IMG/VR virus record: IMGVR_UViG_2721755721_000005
DNA length: 48,167 bases
Strand: one strand, 5' to 3'
From: a virus
Taxonomy: Duplodnaviria > Heunggongvirae > Uroviricota > Caudoviricetes
A program made the translations under genes and the position numbers. Below are positions 17,089 to 26,574 of this stretch, one piece after another; within the stretch, counting starts at the first letter, position 1, and each line of letters starts with the position of its first letter. The notes beneath the pieces were generated by a model. The model ran no database searches. It saw nothing but the letters and a program-made list of their open reading frames with translations, and was not told the origin of the DNA.

Positions 17089-17631
17089 ATGAACGCAAAA
17101 ATCAAATACGGCCTGTCAGCTGCTGTTCTGGCGCTGATTGGAGCAGGAGCATCTGCTCCTCAGATACTTGACCAGTTTCTGGATGAAAAAGAGGGTAACC
17201 ACACTACGGCATACCGCGATGGTTCCGGCATATGGACCATCTGTCGAGGGGCCACGATGGTGGATGGTAAACCTGTTATTCCTGGCATGAAACTGACGAA
17301 GGAAAAATGCGATCAGGTTAATGCCATTGAACGAGATAAGGCGCTGGCATGGGTGGAGCGCAACATTAAAGTGCCACTGACCGAACCACAGAAAGCGGGT
17401 ATAGCGTCATTTTGTCCCTATAACATTGGCCCCGGTAAGTGTTTCCCGTCGACGTTTTATAAGCGGCTGAATGCCGATGATCGTAAGGGGGCATGCGAGG
17501 CGATTCGCTGGTGGATAAAAGATGGTGGGCGTGATTGCCGCCTGACAAAAGGGCAGAAGAATGGCTGTTATGGGCAGGTCGAGCGGCGCGATCAGGAAAG
17601 CGCACTGGCGTGCTGGGGGCTGGACCAATGA
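17089..17631 (+). CDS. SAR endolysin (GH24 lysozyme with N-terminal signal-anchor-release segment)
   Basis: N-terminus MNAKIKYGLSAAVLALIGAGASAP (Gly/Ala-rich weak TM), then a lysozyme catalytic region with E..D..T pattern; follows the pinholin. Confidence 0.85.
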   Translation: MNAKIKYGLSAAVLALIGAGASAPQILDQFLDEKEGNHTTAYRDGSGIWTICRGATMVDGKPVIPGMKLTKEKCDQVNAIERDKALAWVERNIKVPLTEPQKAGIASFCPYNIGPGKCFPSTFYKRLNADDRKGACEAIRWWIKDGGRDCRLTKGQKNGCYGQVERRDQESALACWGLDQ

Positions 17632-18164
17632 AAATTAATCCGGATCTTATAGGCGTTGTCGTTATTGCTGGCCTTTCGGTCGCTCTCGTCAAGAGTTGCT
17701 CTCACGCCAGTAATCTTCAGAGCGATAACGACGTTCTGCGAAGTGACAACTCTATGCTGGAGCAGGTAATCGCCACCCAGGCATTCAACTTCAATCGATT
17801 CAATCAGGTTGCAGAACATGCCAACAGTCTTAACTCCCTGATCGACACCAGCACCGAAAAAACCGTAATCGAATACCGGGAGATTCTCCGCCGTGAAAAA
17901 ACCTGTGATCTGCCTGTTCCTGCTGATATCGCTGGTGGGTTGCTCGAATACACGTACCGTTTACGTGCCAGCGCCATGCACACCGATACCGGCAGACCTA
18001 ATGAAGCCTATGATCGTACCGCTGCCACCAGCTCAATGACCTACTGCCAAGCTGTCTTGTGGATTAAGCCGCTACTGGCGTTGATAGAAAAAGGAAATAA
18101 TAATTTTTCGAGTATTCGTGAAATTGATGAGTTGCGTTACAGACCATCTGAGCGTGGCCAGTAA
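17628..18164 (+). CDS. i-spanin Rz
   Basis: ATG at 17628 overlaps the endolysin stop; N-terminal TM segment (LIGVVVIAGLSVALV) then a coiled-coil-like periplasmic domain. Confidence 0.75.
   Translation: MKINPDLIGVVVIAGLSVALVKSCSHASNLQSDNDVLRSDNSMLEQVIATQAFNFNRFNQVAEHANSLNSLIDTSTEKTVIEYREILRREKTCDLPVPADIAGGLLEYTYRLRASAMHTDTGRPNEAYDRTAATSSMTYCQAVLWIKPLLALIEKGNNNFSSIREIDELRYRPSERGQ
17893..18039 (+). CDS. o-spanin Rz1 (lipoprotein) embedded in the +1 frame of Rz
   Basis: GTG start; translation (M)KKPVICLFLLISLVGCSNTRTVYVPAPCTPIPADLMKPMIVPLPPAQ has lipobox LVGC and a Pro-rich mature part. Below the ORF-track size threshold. Confidence 0.6.
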   Translation: MKKPVICLFLLISLVGCSNTRTVYVPAPCTPIPADLMKPMIVPLPPAQ

Positions 18165-18332
18165 GGTTACAGGAAATTTAAAATCTGGCGATGAAATTTA
18201 ATATTAGAAATTCATTGCCTAGTGAGATTAATAATGGGCATCCCTTTGTGACGATAAGCTTTAACACATTCACAAAGGGATATTTAATATAGGGTGGTTA
18301 AATCCCACTTGCTGTGGTGTTTAGGGGATAAT

Positions 18333-19025
18333 TCAAATCTTATCTAACTCATTATAGGCTTCGATAATAAAAATTCTGATTTTAATAAGGCATGATTCAA
18401 TGAAAGGAATTACTTCATAGTCATTCCCATGGAATCTTATTTTTTTCTCTTCGGTAATGACTATGTTTAAAGGTACACCATTACCACTTCTTTGTAATCT
18501 CCCATTTTCGAAAGTAAAGTCTTCTAATTTTTTTCCATTGATATGGTTGTTTTTAAAGAGAATTTTTGCTGAGCTCCCTGCTGTGATTAAATTAAAACCA
18601 TCTACGCTCACACTTAGTTCTTTAACAGAACTCTCTTCTCTTAAGGGGATTGGTTGTCTGTGCTTTACTTCATTAGTGAGATTACACATCATTTCCAACC
18701 AAGATTCGCCAGTGTGATAATCCTGTATAGAAGTAAAAATTTTATATAATGGAGAAGATGATGGTGGGTTTATTTTTAGCGTCTTTGAGAAAAATTTATC
18801 AATAAACTCTTTTTTTCTGTAAGGGAAATATATTTTGGGACGCTCATCATTACTGCTTGGAGAAATATATTTATCATAGGTATCATTAGCGAGATACTCT
18901 AAGGAACTTCGTAAGTTTTCCAAAATAGCTTTGACTTTTACAGGCTTGATATGCTGTGTCTGTCTCATTATGTCAAGACTTTCTTCAACCTCTTGCAATA
19001 AGTCCAACGAGCCTTCTCTAGACAT
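18333..19025 (-). CDS. Uncharacterised moron protein at the lambda bor position (between Rz and cos)
   Basis: 230-aa minus-strand ORF with a strong SD (AAAGGAG) and an upstream TATAAT; AT-rich; no TM segment or recognisable motif. Confidence 0.6.
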   Translation of the reverse strand: MSREGSLDLLQEVEESLDIMRQTQHIKPVKVKAILENLRSSLEYLANDTYDKYISPSSNDERPKIYFPYRKKEFIDKFFSKTLKINPPSSSPLYKIFTSIQDYHTGESWLEMMCNLTNEVKHRQPIPLREESSVKELSVSVDGFNLITAGSSAKILFKNNHINGKKLEDFTFENGRLQRSGNGVPLNIVITEEKKIRFHGNDYEVIPFIESCLIKIRIFIIEAYNELDKI

Positions 19026-19596
19026 ACAGGTAATTCTCCTTTTTGAATTTTCAACATGTTATAACTAATTATATATTTATCATATAACTGTATGAATAAA
19101 TTGTGAGATTAGTAATGCAAGTTTCTATCCATAGTGTTCCCTAAGTACCCGCTTCCATCATGTTGTTACGGACGGTATGGCTAAAACAAAGCACCTGAAG
19201 TTAAACGTTCTGAACTTTATGCTCGTTGAGCATATGAATTATCTGTAACCCGATGCGCTGGTTGTGGTTCAAATTGATGGTCGTAATCAGCAGCGGTAGT
19301 GCCTGATGGCATGCAACTTCTTACTTATAAAACTTCGTATGGAATTGTTGCCATAACGAGCCCAGCTTAGCAGTTTTTAATGGGTCCTCCCGGCAGTGTG
19401 TCCTGCCACGGGGCGGGAGCGTCGCGGAAAAAGGCTAGTTTTTGAAATTTCATCCGTCATCACCACTACTGTAATAGATTGATATTACAGTATTTTTATT
19501 TTTGTGGTGTCGATTTTGATTGTTTTTTGTTCATCACTAACACCGTTTGCCTAAAGTCGTTCGCAAGATGCATGTTTAAAACATTCTGGAGCGGGT

Positions 19597-20091
19597 ATGG
19601 ATCGAGAGTTAAAAAATCTGACGCTGAATATCAGTCAACTGGCGGCACTGTCAGGTGTACATCGCCAGACTGCTGCGGCAAGGCTGCAAAATCTACCCGT
19701 TGCAGGGGGGCATGAAAGCAACCTCAAGCTTTATCGGGTGGTTGATATTGTGTCGGCATTTCTGGCATTACCACCGCCGGTTGCAGAAGGCGAAATGGAC
19801 GCGCATGAGCGCAAAGCCTGGTATCAGTCTGAACGTGAGCGTCTTAAGTTCGAACAGGAAACGGCGCAACTCATTCCGGCCAGTGATGTCAGACGGGAGT
19901 TTGCCATCTGGGCAAAAGCGGTCGTGCAGGTGCTGGAGACATTACCGGATATTCTGGAACGTGACTGCGGTCTGCAGCCTGCCGCTGTGAGCCGTGTTCA
20001 GTCCATTATTGATGATCTGCGCGATCAGATAGCCCTGCGGGTGACTGTAGCAGGTGCGGATGATGAGGAGGAATTACAGCAGGAGGAGTAA
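19597..20091 (+). CDS. Terminase small subunit (Nu1-like)
   Basis: 164-aa ORF with an N-terminal HTH-like segment (LTLNISQLAALSGVHRQTAAARL) immediately upstream of and abutting the large terminase gene. Confidence 0.8.
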   Translation: MDRELKNLTLNISQLAALSGVHRQTAAARLQNLPVAGGHESNLKLYRVVDIVSAFLALPPPVAEGEMDAHERKAWYQSERERLKFEQETAQLIPASDVRREFAIWAKAVVQVLETLPDILERDCGLQPAAVSRVQSIIDDLRDQIALRVTVAGADDEEELQQEE

Positions 20092-22193
20092 TGCTGAATC
20101 AGGAAACCGCAAAGGCAGCACGAACCGATTCAGGTTATATCCTTCGCGCACCGAGACGAATGCGGGTTGCTGATGCCGTTGCTCAGTATATGCGGGTGCC
20201 CATGGGGGCAGGGAACTCAGTCCCGTGGGATCCGCTGGTGGCACCGTATGTTATTGAGCCGATGAACTGCCTGGCCTCGCGTGAATACGACGCAGTGATA
20301 TTTGTTGGCCCGGCACGAACCGGCAAGACTATCGGCCTGATTGACGGCTGGGTGATTTACAACGTGATTTGCGATCCTGCTGATATGCTGATCATTCAGA
20401 TGACGGAGGAAAAAGCCCGCGAACACTCCAAAAAACGACTCGCCAGAACGTTTCGCGTCAGCCCGGAAGTGGTCAGTCGCCTGAGTCCGAACAAAAATGA
20501 CAACAACGTTTATGACAGAACATTCCTTGCTGGCAACTACCTGAAAATCGGCTGGCCGTCAGTCAATATCATGTCTTCATCAGATTATAAATGCGTGGCG
20601 CTGACGGATTATGACCGTTTTCCGGAAGATATTGATGGTGAGGGGGATGCCTTCTCTCTTGCCTCAAAACGTACCACCACATTTATGTCCAGTGGTATGA
20701 CGCTTGTGGAGAGTTCCCCCGGCAGGGATGTGAAGGATGTGAAATGGCGACGGACTTCACCGCATGAGGCTCCACCAACCACGGGGATCCTGTCGCTCTA
20801 TAACCGTGGCGATCGCCGTCGCTGGTACTGGCCCTGTCCACACTGTGGTGAGTATTTTCAGCCCTGCGGCGATGTGGTTGCTGGTTTCCGTGATATTGCC
20901 GATCCTGTGCTGGCAAGTGAGGCGGCTTATATTCAGTGTCCTTCCTGTTCAGGACGGATTTTGCCTGAACAAAAACGCGAGCTGAACGGACGTGGGGTCT
21001 GGTTACGGGATGGTGAATCCATCAATGCAGATGGCAGTCGTTATGGTGATCCCCGGCGTTCACGTATTGCGTCATTCTGGATGGAGGGTCCGGCAGCTGC
21101 TTATCAGACACTCTCGCAACTCGTTTACAAACTGCTTACTGCAGAACAGGAATACGAGACAACCGGAAGTGAAGAGACACTCAAGACGGTTATCAATACC
21201 GACTGGGGATTACCTTATCTTCCCCGCGCCAGCATGGAGCAACGAAAAAGTGAATTGCTTGAGCAGCGGGCAGAGCCAGTTCCTTCCCGCAGTGTGCCGG
21301 ATGGCGTTAATTTCCTTGTGGCGACAGTGGATGTGCAGGCGGGACGTCATCGCCGTTTTGTGGTTCAGGTAACGGGCTATGGCAGCCGTGGCGAACGCTG
21401 GATTATTGATCGTTACAACATCACGCAGTCATTGCGCGGTGACAGCGACGGGGAGAGCCAGCGAATTGATCCGGCCAGCTATCCGGAAGACTGGGATGTC
21501 CTGCTGACGGATGTTTTTCATAAAAGCTGGCCGCTGGCCTCCGACCCTTCTCAACAAATGCGACTGATGGCAATGGCGGTGGACTCCGGCGGTGAAGACG
21601 GGGTCACTGATAATGCCTATAAATTCTGGCGTCGTTGCCGTCGTGATGGCCTTGGTAAACGTATTTACCTGTTTAAGGGCGACAGCATCCGGCGCGCAAA
21701 ACTGATCACCCGTACATTCCCTGATAACACCGGACGAACGGGCCGACGGGCGCAGGCCGCAGGTGATGTGCCGCTCTGGCTTCTTCAGACGGATGCCCTG
21801 AAAGACCGGGTGAATAACGCGTTATGGCGTGACTCGCCAGGTCCCGGCTATGTGCATTTCCCTGACTGGCTGGGGAGCTGGTTTTACGACGAACTGACGT
21901 ATGAAGAGCGGAGCAGTGACGGGAAATGGAGTAAGCCGGGTCGCGGTGCCAACGAAGCTTTTGACCTGATGGTGTATGCCGAGGCTCTGGTCATTCTGCA
22001 TGGATACGAAAAGATCCGCTGGCCGGATGCACCGGAGTGGGCGAGCCGGGAAACCTGGCTGGAGTGTGTCCCGGACAGTACCGAACCGTCACCCTCACCG
22101 GAACCGGTACCCACGCCTGTTAAAAAACAAAAACGGAAGAAAACAGTAACTGACGATGTTAACCCCTGGCTGACTTCCGGAGGATGGTTATGA
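20091..22193 (+). CDS. Terminase large subunit (GpA-like)
   Basis: 700 aa; Walker-A-like VGPARTGKT; lambda gpA-like size and position. Confidence 0.9.
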   Translation: MLNQETAKAARTDSGYILRAPRRMRVADAVAQYMRVPMGAGNSVPWDPLVAPYVIEPMNCLASREYDAVIFVGPARTGKTIGLIDGWVIYNVICDPADMLIIQMTEEKAREHSKKRLARTFRVSPEVVSRLSPNKNDNNVYDRTFLAGNYLKIGWPSVNIMSSSDYKCVALTDYDRFPEDIDGEGDAFSLASKRTTTFMSSGMTLVESSPGRDVKDVKWRRTSPHEAPPTTGILSLYNRGDRRRWYWPCPHCGEYFQPCGDVVAGFRDIADPVLASEAAYIQCPSCSGRILPEQKRELNGRGVWLRDGESINADGSRYGDPRRSRIASFWMEGPAAAYQTLSQLVYKLLTAEQEYETTGSEETLKTVINTDWGLPYLPRASMEQRKSELLEQRAEPVPSRSVPDGVNFLVATVDVQAGRHRRFVVQVTGYGSRGERWIIDRYNITQSLRGDSDGESQRIDPASYPEDWDVLLTDVFHKSWPLASDPSQQMRLMAMAVDSGGEDGVTDNAYKFWRRCRRDGLGKRIYLFKGDSIRRAKLITRTFPDNTGRTGRRAQAAGDVPLWLLQTDALKDRVNNALWRDSPGPGYVHFPDWLGSWFYDELTYEERSSDGKWSKPGRGANEAFDLMVYAEALVILHGYEKIRWPDAPEWASRETWLECVPDSTEPSPSPEPVPTPVKKQKRKKTVTDDVNPWLTSGGWL

Positions 22194-22402
22194 ATCAGAA
22201 TGATATTGAAGCCATGATTCAGCGTTATACGGAAGCTGAAATGGCGGTGCTGGACGGAAAATCCGTCACTTTTAATGGTCAGCAGATGACCATGGAAAAC
22301 TTATCTGAGATCCGGCAGGGGCGGCAGGAGTGGGAGCGCCGCCTTGCGGCTCTGATTACACGACGACGGGGGCATCCCGGGTACCGGCTGGCGAGGTTCT
22401 GA
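22184..22402 (+). CDS. Head-tail joining protein gpW-like
   Basis: About 70-aa ORF overlapping the terminase stop and the portal start, as W does in lambda. Confidence 0.6.
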   Translation: MVMNQNDIEAMIQRYTEAEMAVLDGKSVTFNGQQMTMENLSEIRQGRQEWERRLAALITRRRGHPGYRLARF

Positions 22403-23910
22403 TGGCATTTCTTGATGATGTGATTGGCGTTTTTTCACCAGGATGGAAAGCGGCAAGGCTGCGTTCCCGTGCGGTGATCCAGGCTTATGAGGCCGTAAAA
22501 ACGACGCGGACACACAAAGCCCGACGGGAGAACCGAACTGCCGACCAGTTAAGCCAGTACGGGGCCGTGTCGTTACGTGAGCAGGCTCGTTACCTTGATA
22601 ACAACCACGATCTGGTCATTGGTGTATTTGACAAGCTGGAAGAACGGGTGGTGGGGAAAAACGGGATTATTGTCGAGCCACATCCGGTATTACGCAATGG
22701 GGCCATTGCCCGTGATCTGGCAGCGGAGATACGTACCCGATGGAGTGAATGGTCTGTCAGTCCGGAGGTCACCGGGCAGTTTACCCGTCCGATGCTGGAA
22801 CGTCTGATGCTGCGTACCTGGCTGCGCGATGGTGAGGTGTTTGCCCAGATGGTTTCCGGGCGCATAAACAGCCTGACGCCTTCTGCCGGTGTTCATTTCT
22901 GGCTGGAGGCGCTCGAGCCGGACTTTATTCCCATGACCAGTGATGAGAGCAACAGGCTGAATCAGGGCGTGTTTGTTGATGACTGGGGGCGTCCCGAAAA
23001 ATATCTGGTGTATAAAAGCCGTCCCGTATCCGGGCGGCAGATGGAAACCAAAGAAGTGGATGCAGAGCGAATGCTGCATCTTAAATTTGTTCGCCGTCTG
23101 CACCAGATGCGCGGGACGTCTTTGTTGTCCGGTGTGCTGATCCGCCTCAGTGCTCTGAAAGAGTATGAAGATTCTGAGCTGACTGCAGCAAGGATCGCCG
23201 CTGCTCTGGGGATGTACATCCGGAAAGGCGACGGGCAGAGCTATGAACCGGATGGTAATGGCAGCAAGGAGAATGAACGCGAGCTTACCATTCAGCCAGG
23301 CATTATTTACGACGATCTGAAACCCGGCGAAGAAATCGGAATGGTGAAGTCGGATCGTCCCAATCCTAACCTTGAAACTTTTCGTAATGGTCAGTTGCGT
23401 GCCGTGGCGGCGGGCAGTCGTCTGAGTTTTTCCAGTACGGCACGCAACTATAACGGCACTTACAGCGCCCAGCGTCAGGAACTGGTTGAGTCTACTGATG
23501 GCTACCTGATCCTGCAGGACTGGTTTATTGGTGCCGTCACCCGCCCGATGTATCGTGCCTGGCTGAAACAGGCTGTGGCATCCGGTGTTATCAGGCTACC
23601 CCGTGATCTTGACCGTTCTTCACTGTATACCGCGGTGTATTCCGGACCGGTGATGCCGTGGATTGACCCTGTTAAGGAGGCTGAGGCCTGGAAAATCCAG
23701 ATTCGTGGTGGAGCGGCGACAGAATCAGACTGGGTACGTGCTGGTGGTCGTAATCCGGATGATGTCAAACGTCGGCGCAAGGCCGAAATTGATGAAAACC
23801 GCAAGCTGGATCTGGTATTTGATACCGATCCGGCCAGTGATAAAGGAGGCAGCAGTGCCGCAACGAAACGACAGGAGCCGCAGCACACCGACGACCAGTC
23901 CGAAGAATAA
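22402..23910 (+). CDS. Portal protein (gpB-like)
   Basis: ATG overlaps the W stop (ATGA); about 500 aa, directly after terminase and W. Confidence 0.85.
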   Translation: MAFLDDVIGVFSPGWKAARLRSRAVIQAYEAVKTTRTHKARRENRTADQLSQYGAVSLREQARYLDNNHDLVIGVFDKLEERVVGKNGIIVEPHPVLRNGAIARDLAAEIRTRWSEWSVSPEVTGQFTRPMLERLMLRTWLRDGEVFAQMVSGRINSLTPSAGVHFWLEALEPDFIPMTSDESNRLNQGVFVDDWGRPEKYLVYKSRPVSGRQMETKEVDAERMLHLKFVRRLHQMRGTSLLSGVLIRLSALKEYEDSELTAARIAAALGMYIRKGDGQSYEPDGNGSKENERELTIQPGIIYDDLKPGEEIGMVKSDRPNPNLETFRNGQLRAVAAGSRLSFSSTARNYNGTYSAQRQELVESTDGYLILQDWFIGAVTRPMYRAWLKQAVASGVIRLPRDLDRSSLYTAVYSGPVMPWIDPVKEAEAWKIQIRGGAATESDWVRAGGRNPDDVKRRRKAEIDENRKLDLVFDTDPASDKGGSSAATKRQEPQHTDDQSEE

Positions 23911-25885
23911 TTCCTGGTTCAGGATGCAGGCTGGTCACCAGAGTGACGCGGATATTTATATTTATGACGAGATTGGTTTCTGGGGTGTTACAGCGAAGCA
24001 GTTTATCAGTGATCTGAATGCACTGGGCGATATCACCCACATTAATCTCCATATTAATTCACCGGGTGGCGATGTCTTTGAAGGCATCGCCATTTTTAAT
24101 GCGCTGAAAACACATGGTGCGTCCATTACCGTTTATGTCGACGGTGTGGCGGCGTCAATGGCGTCGGTCATTGCGATGGTGGGAAACCCGGTCATTATGC
24201 CGGAAAACACCTTCATGATGATTCATAAACCATTTGGCTTTACGGGCGGTGATGCGGAGGACATGCGCACCTATGCCGACCTGCTCGATAAGGTTGAGGC
24301 GGTTCTGTTACCCGCTTATGCACAGAAAACCGGGAAAACCACCGATGAAATTGCTGCCATGCTGGTGGATGAGACCTGGATGTCCGGTGCCGAATGTCTG
24401 GCACATGGATTTGCTGATCAGGTAACGCCAGCCGTTAAGGCAATGGCATGTATTCAGTCAAAACGTACAGAGGAATTTAAAAAGATGCCGGAATCCATTC
24501 GAAACATGATTACTCCGCCACGCAACAGTGCTCCACGCGTACAGGATGATGAACCTGCAGCCTCCCGGACGCCAGTGCAGGCAGCAGCAGCACCCGTGGT
24601 GGATGAAAACAGCATCCGTGCGCAGGTCCTGGCAGAGCAAAAAGCGCGTGTAAACGGTATTAATGATCTGTTTGCCATGTTTGGCGGGCGTTATCAGTCG
24701 CTGCAGGCTCAGTGTCTTGCCGATCCTGAATGTTCGCTGGAGCAGGCCCGCGAAAAGCTGTTGAACGAGATGGGGCACGAGTCCACGCCATCCAATAAAA
24801 ATACCCCGGCTCATATTTATGCCGGTAACGGTAATTTTGTGGGGGACGGGATCCGCCAGGCGCTGATGGCGCGTGCCGGATTTGAAAAAACCGAACGTGA
24901 TAATGTCTACAACGGGATGACCCTGCGTGAATATGCCCGTATGTCACTGACTGAACGGGGTATTGGGGTTTCCAGTTATAACCCGATGCAGATGGTCGGT
25001 GCGGCGTTCACACACAGTACGTCTGACTTCGGTAATATTCTGCTGGATGTTGCGAACAAAGCCATTCTGCAGGGCTGGGAAGATGCCCCTGAAACCTATG
25101 AACAGTGGACGCGGAAAGGTCAGTTGTCTGATTTTAAAATTGCCCATCGTGTGGGTATGGGGGGCTTCAGTGCTCTGCGTCAGGTGCGTGAAGGGGCGGA
25201 ATATAAATACGTCACCACCGGAGATAAACAGGCCACTATTGCACTGGCGACCTATGGCGAGCTGTTCAGTATCACCCGTCAGGCCATTATCAATGATGAT
25301 CTGAATATGCTGACCGATGTCCCGATGAAACTGGGCCGTGCGGCGAAATCCACTATTGCCGATCTGGTTTATGCCATTCTGACGTCTAACCCGAAAATCT
25401 CCACAGATAATGTAAGTCTGTTCGATAAAGCGAAACATGCAAACGTACTGGAGAGCGCTGCAATGGACGTGGCATCGCTGGATAAAGCCCGCCAGTTGAT
25501 GCGCGTTCAGAAAGAGGGGGAGCGTCATCTGAATATTCGTCCTGCGTTCGTACTGGTACCGACGGCGATGGAGTCTGTTGCTAACCAGGTCATTCGCTCC
25601 TCAAGTGTCAAGGGGGCTGACATTAACGCCGGTATTATTAACCCGGTGAAAGATTTTGCGACCGTTATTGCAGAGCCTCGTCTTGATGATAACAGCCAGA
25701 CCACCTTCTACCTGGCTGCGTCAAAAGGCTCCGATACGATTGAAGTGGCTTATCTCAACGGTGTGGATACGCCATATATTGATCAGATGGAGGGCTTCAG
25801 TGTGGATGGCGTGACAACGAAAGTGCGTATTGACGCCGGTGTCGCGCCAGTTGATCACCGCGGTCTGGTGAAATGTACGGCGTAA
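23855..25885 (+). CDS. Fused prohead protease (ClpP/S14-like) and HK97-fold major capsid protein
   Basis: GTG start with AAGGAGG SD. N-terminal region IYIYDEIGFWGV...INSPGGDVFEGIAIFNAL...VDGVAASMASVIAM is ClpP-like; the C-terminal ~330 aa is major-capsid-like. Confidence 0.8.
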   Translation: MPQRNDRSRSTPTTSPKNNSWFRMQAGHQSDADIYIYDEIGFWGVTAKQFISDLNALGDITHINLHINSPGGDVFEGIAIFNALKTHGASITVYVDGVAASMASVIAMVGNPVIMPENTFMMIHKPFGFTGGDAEDMRTYADLLDKVEAVLLPAYAQKTGKTTDEIAAMLVDETWMSGAECLAHGFADQVTPAVKAMACIQSKRTEEFKKMPESIRNMITPPRNSAPRVQDDEPAASRTPVQAAAAPVVDENSIRAQVLAEQKARVNGINDLFAMFGGRYQSLQAQCLADPECSLEQAREKLLNEMGHESTPSNKNTPAHIYAGNGNFVGDGIRQALMARAGFEKTERDNVYNGMTLREYARMSLTERGIGVSSYNPMQMVGAAFTHSTSDFGNILLDVANKAILQGWEDAPETYEQWTRKGQLSDFKIAHRVGMGGFSALRQVREGAEYKYVTTGDKQATIALATYGELFSITRQAIINDDLNMLTDVPMKLGRAAKSTIADLVYAILTSNPKISTDNVSLFDKAKHANVLESAAMDVASLDKARQLMRVQKEGERHLNIRPAFVLVPTAMESVANQVIRSSSVKGADINAGIINPVKDFATVIAEPRLDDNSQTTFYLAASKGSDTIEVAYLNGVDTPYIDQMEGFSVDGVTTKVRIDAGVAPVDHRGLVKCTA

Positions 25886-25907
25886 ACGTCGCAGACAACA
25901 ACTCTGA

Positions 25908-25928
25908 TGGCCCGTAAGGGCTTTTTTT
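25908..25928 (+). terminator. Weak hairpin plus T7 run after the capsid gene (possible attenuator)
   Basis: GGCCC-gtaa-GGGC followed by TTTTTTT; a second hairpin CAGCCCC-tgaa-CGGGGCTG at 25940-25958. Confidence 0.3.
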
Positions 25929-25971
25929 GTACCTGAAATCAGCCCCTGAACGGGGCTGTGCGGAGGCAGTT

Positions 25972-26295
25972 ATGGCAAAGAATTTTGTAGAAGAAGGAAA
26001 AACGGTGGCGATTGTTGCCAGTGCAGCCATCAGCAGCGGAGATCTGGTGCAGGTGGGTGATGTTTTTGCGGTGGCGCTGACCAATATTCCACAGGGTGAA
26101 ACAGGCGACGGCATGACCGAAGGTGTGTTTATGCTGCCTAAGCTGAAAACGGATGACATGAAAACGGGTAAGAAGGTTTATCTGAAGTCCGGAAAAGTTC
26201 AGCTGACTAACAGCGGCTCTGATCCGCTGGTCGGGGTTGTCTGGGCAGATGCCGGAACCAGTGCAGAAGAAGTGCCGGTAAAACTCAATGTCTGA
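25972..26295 (+). CDS. Small head protein (possible decoration or head-completion protein)
   Basis: 108 aa from an internal ATG with GGAGG SD; immediately after the capsid gene. Confidence 0.45.
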   Translation: MAKNFVEEGKTVAIVASAAISSGDLVQVGDVFAVALTNIPQGETGDGMTEGVFMLPKLKTDDMKTGKKVYLKSGKVQLTNSGSDPLVGVVWADAGTSAEEVPVKLNV

Positions 26296-26563
26296 TCCCT
26301 TTTCCCGGCTGGCAGCGCGTATGGATGCTATCACGGTCAGAAAGATGGGAAAGACAGCCTCGATTAATGATGTCGATATGACTGTGATCCCGGGAGAAAC
26401 ACTGGCAGAGCTGAATGCTCTGTCCGGACCTGCGGTCTCTCTGGTGGTGTTTTCTTCGGGATACCGCCCACGGCGCGGGGATCGCGTTGTTTATGACGGA
26501 CAACAATGGACGGTCACACGGCATGAACGTTTTAACGGTAAGCCAATGATCTTTATTGAGTAA
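26288..26563 (+). CDS. Head-tail connector/adaptor-like protein
   Basis: 91-aa ORF between the head genes and gpZ. Confidence 0.45.
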   Translation: MSDPFSRLAARMDAITVRKMGKTASINDVDMTVIPGETLAELNALSGPAVSLVVFSSGYRPRRGDRVVYDGQQWTVTRHERFNGKPMIFIE

Positions 26564-26574
26564 AGAGGTGTGGG

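Noticed and set aside
24944-25528. 194-aa minus-strand ORF and other antisense ORFs inside the protease-capsid gene
   Set aside because: Antisense to a confident structural gene; composition is not protein-like.
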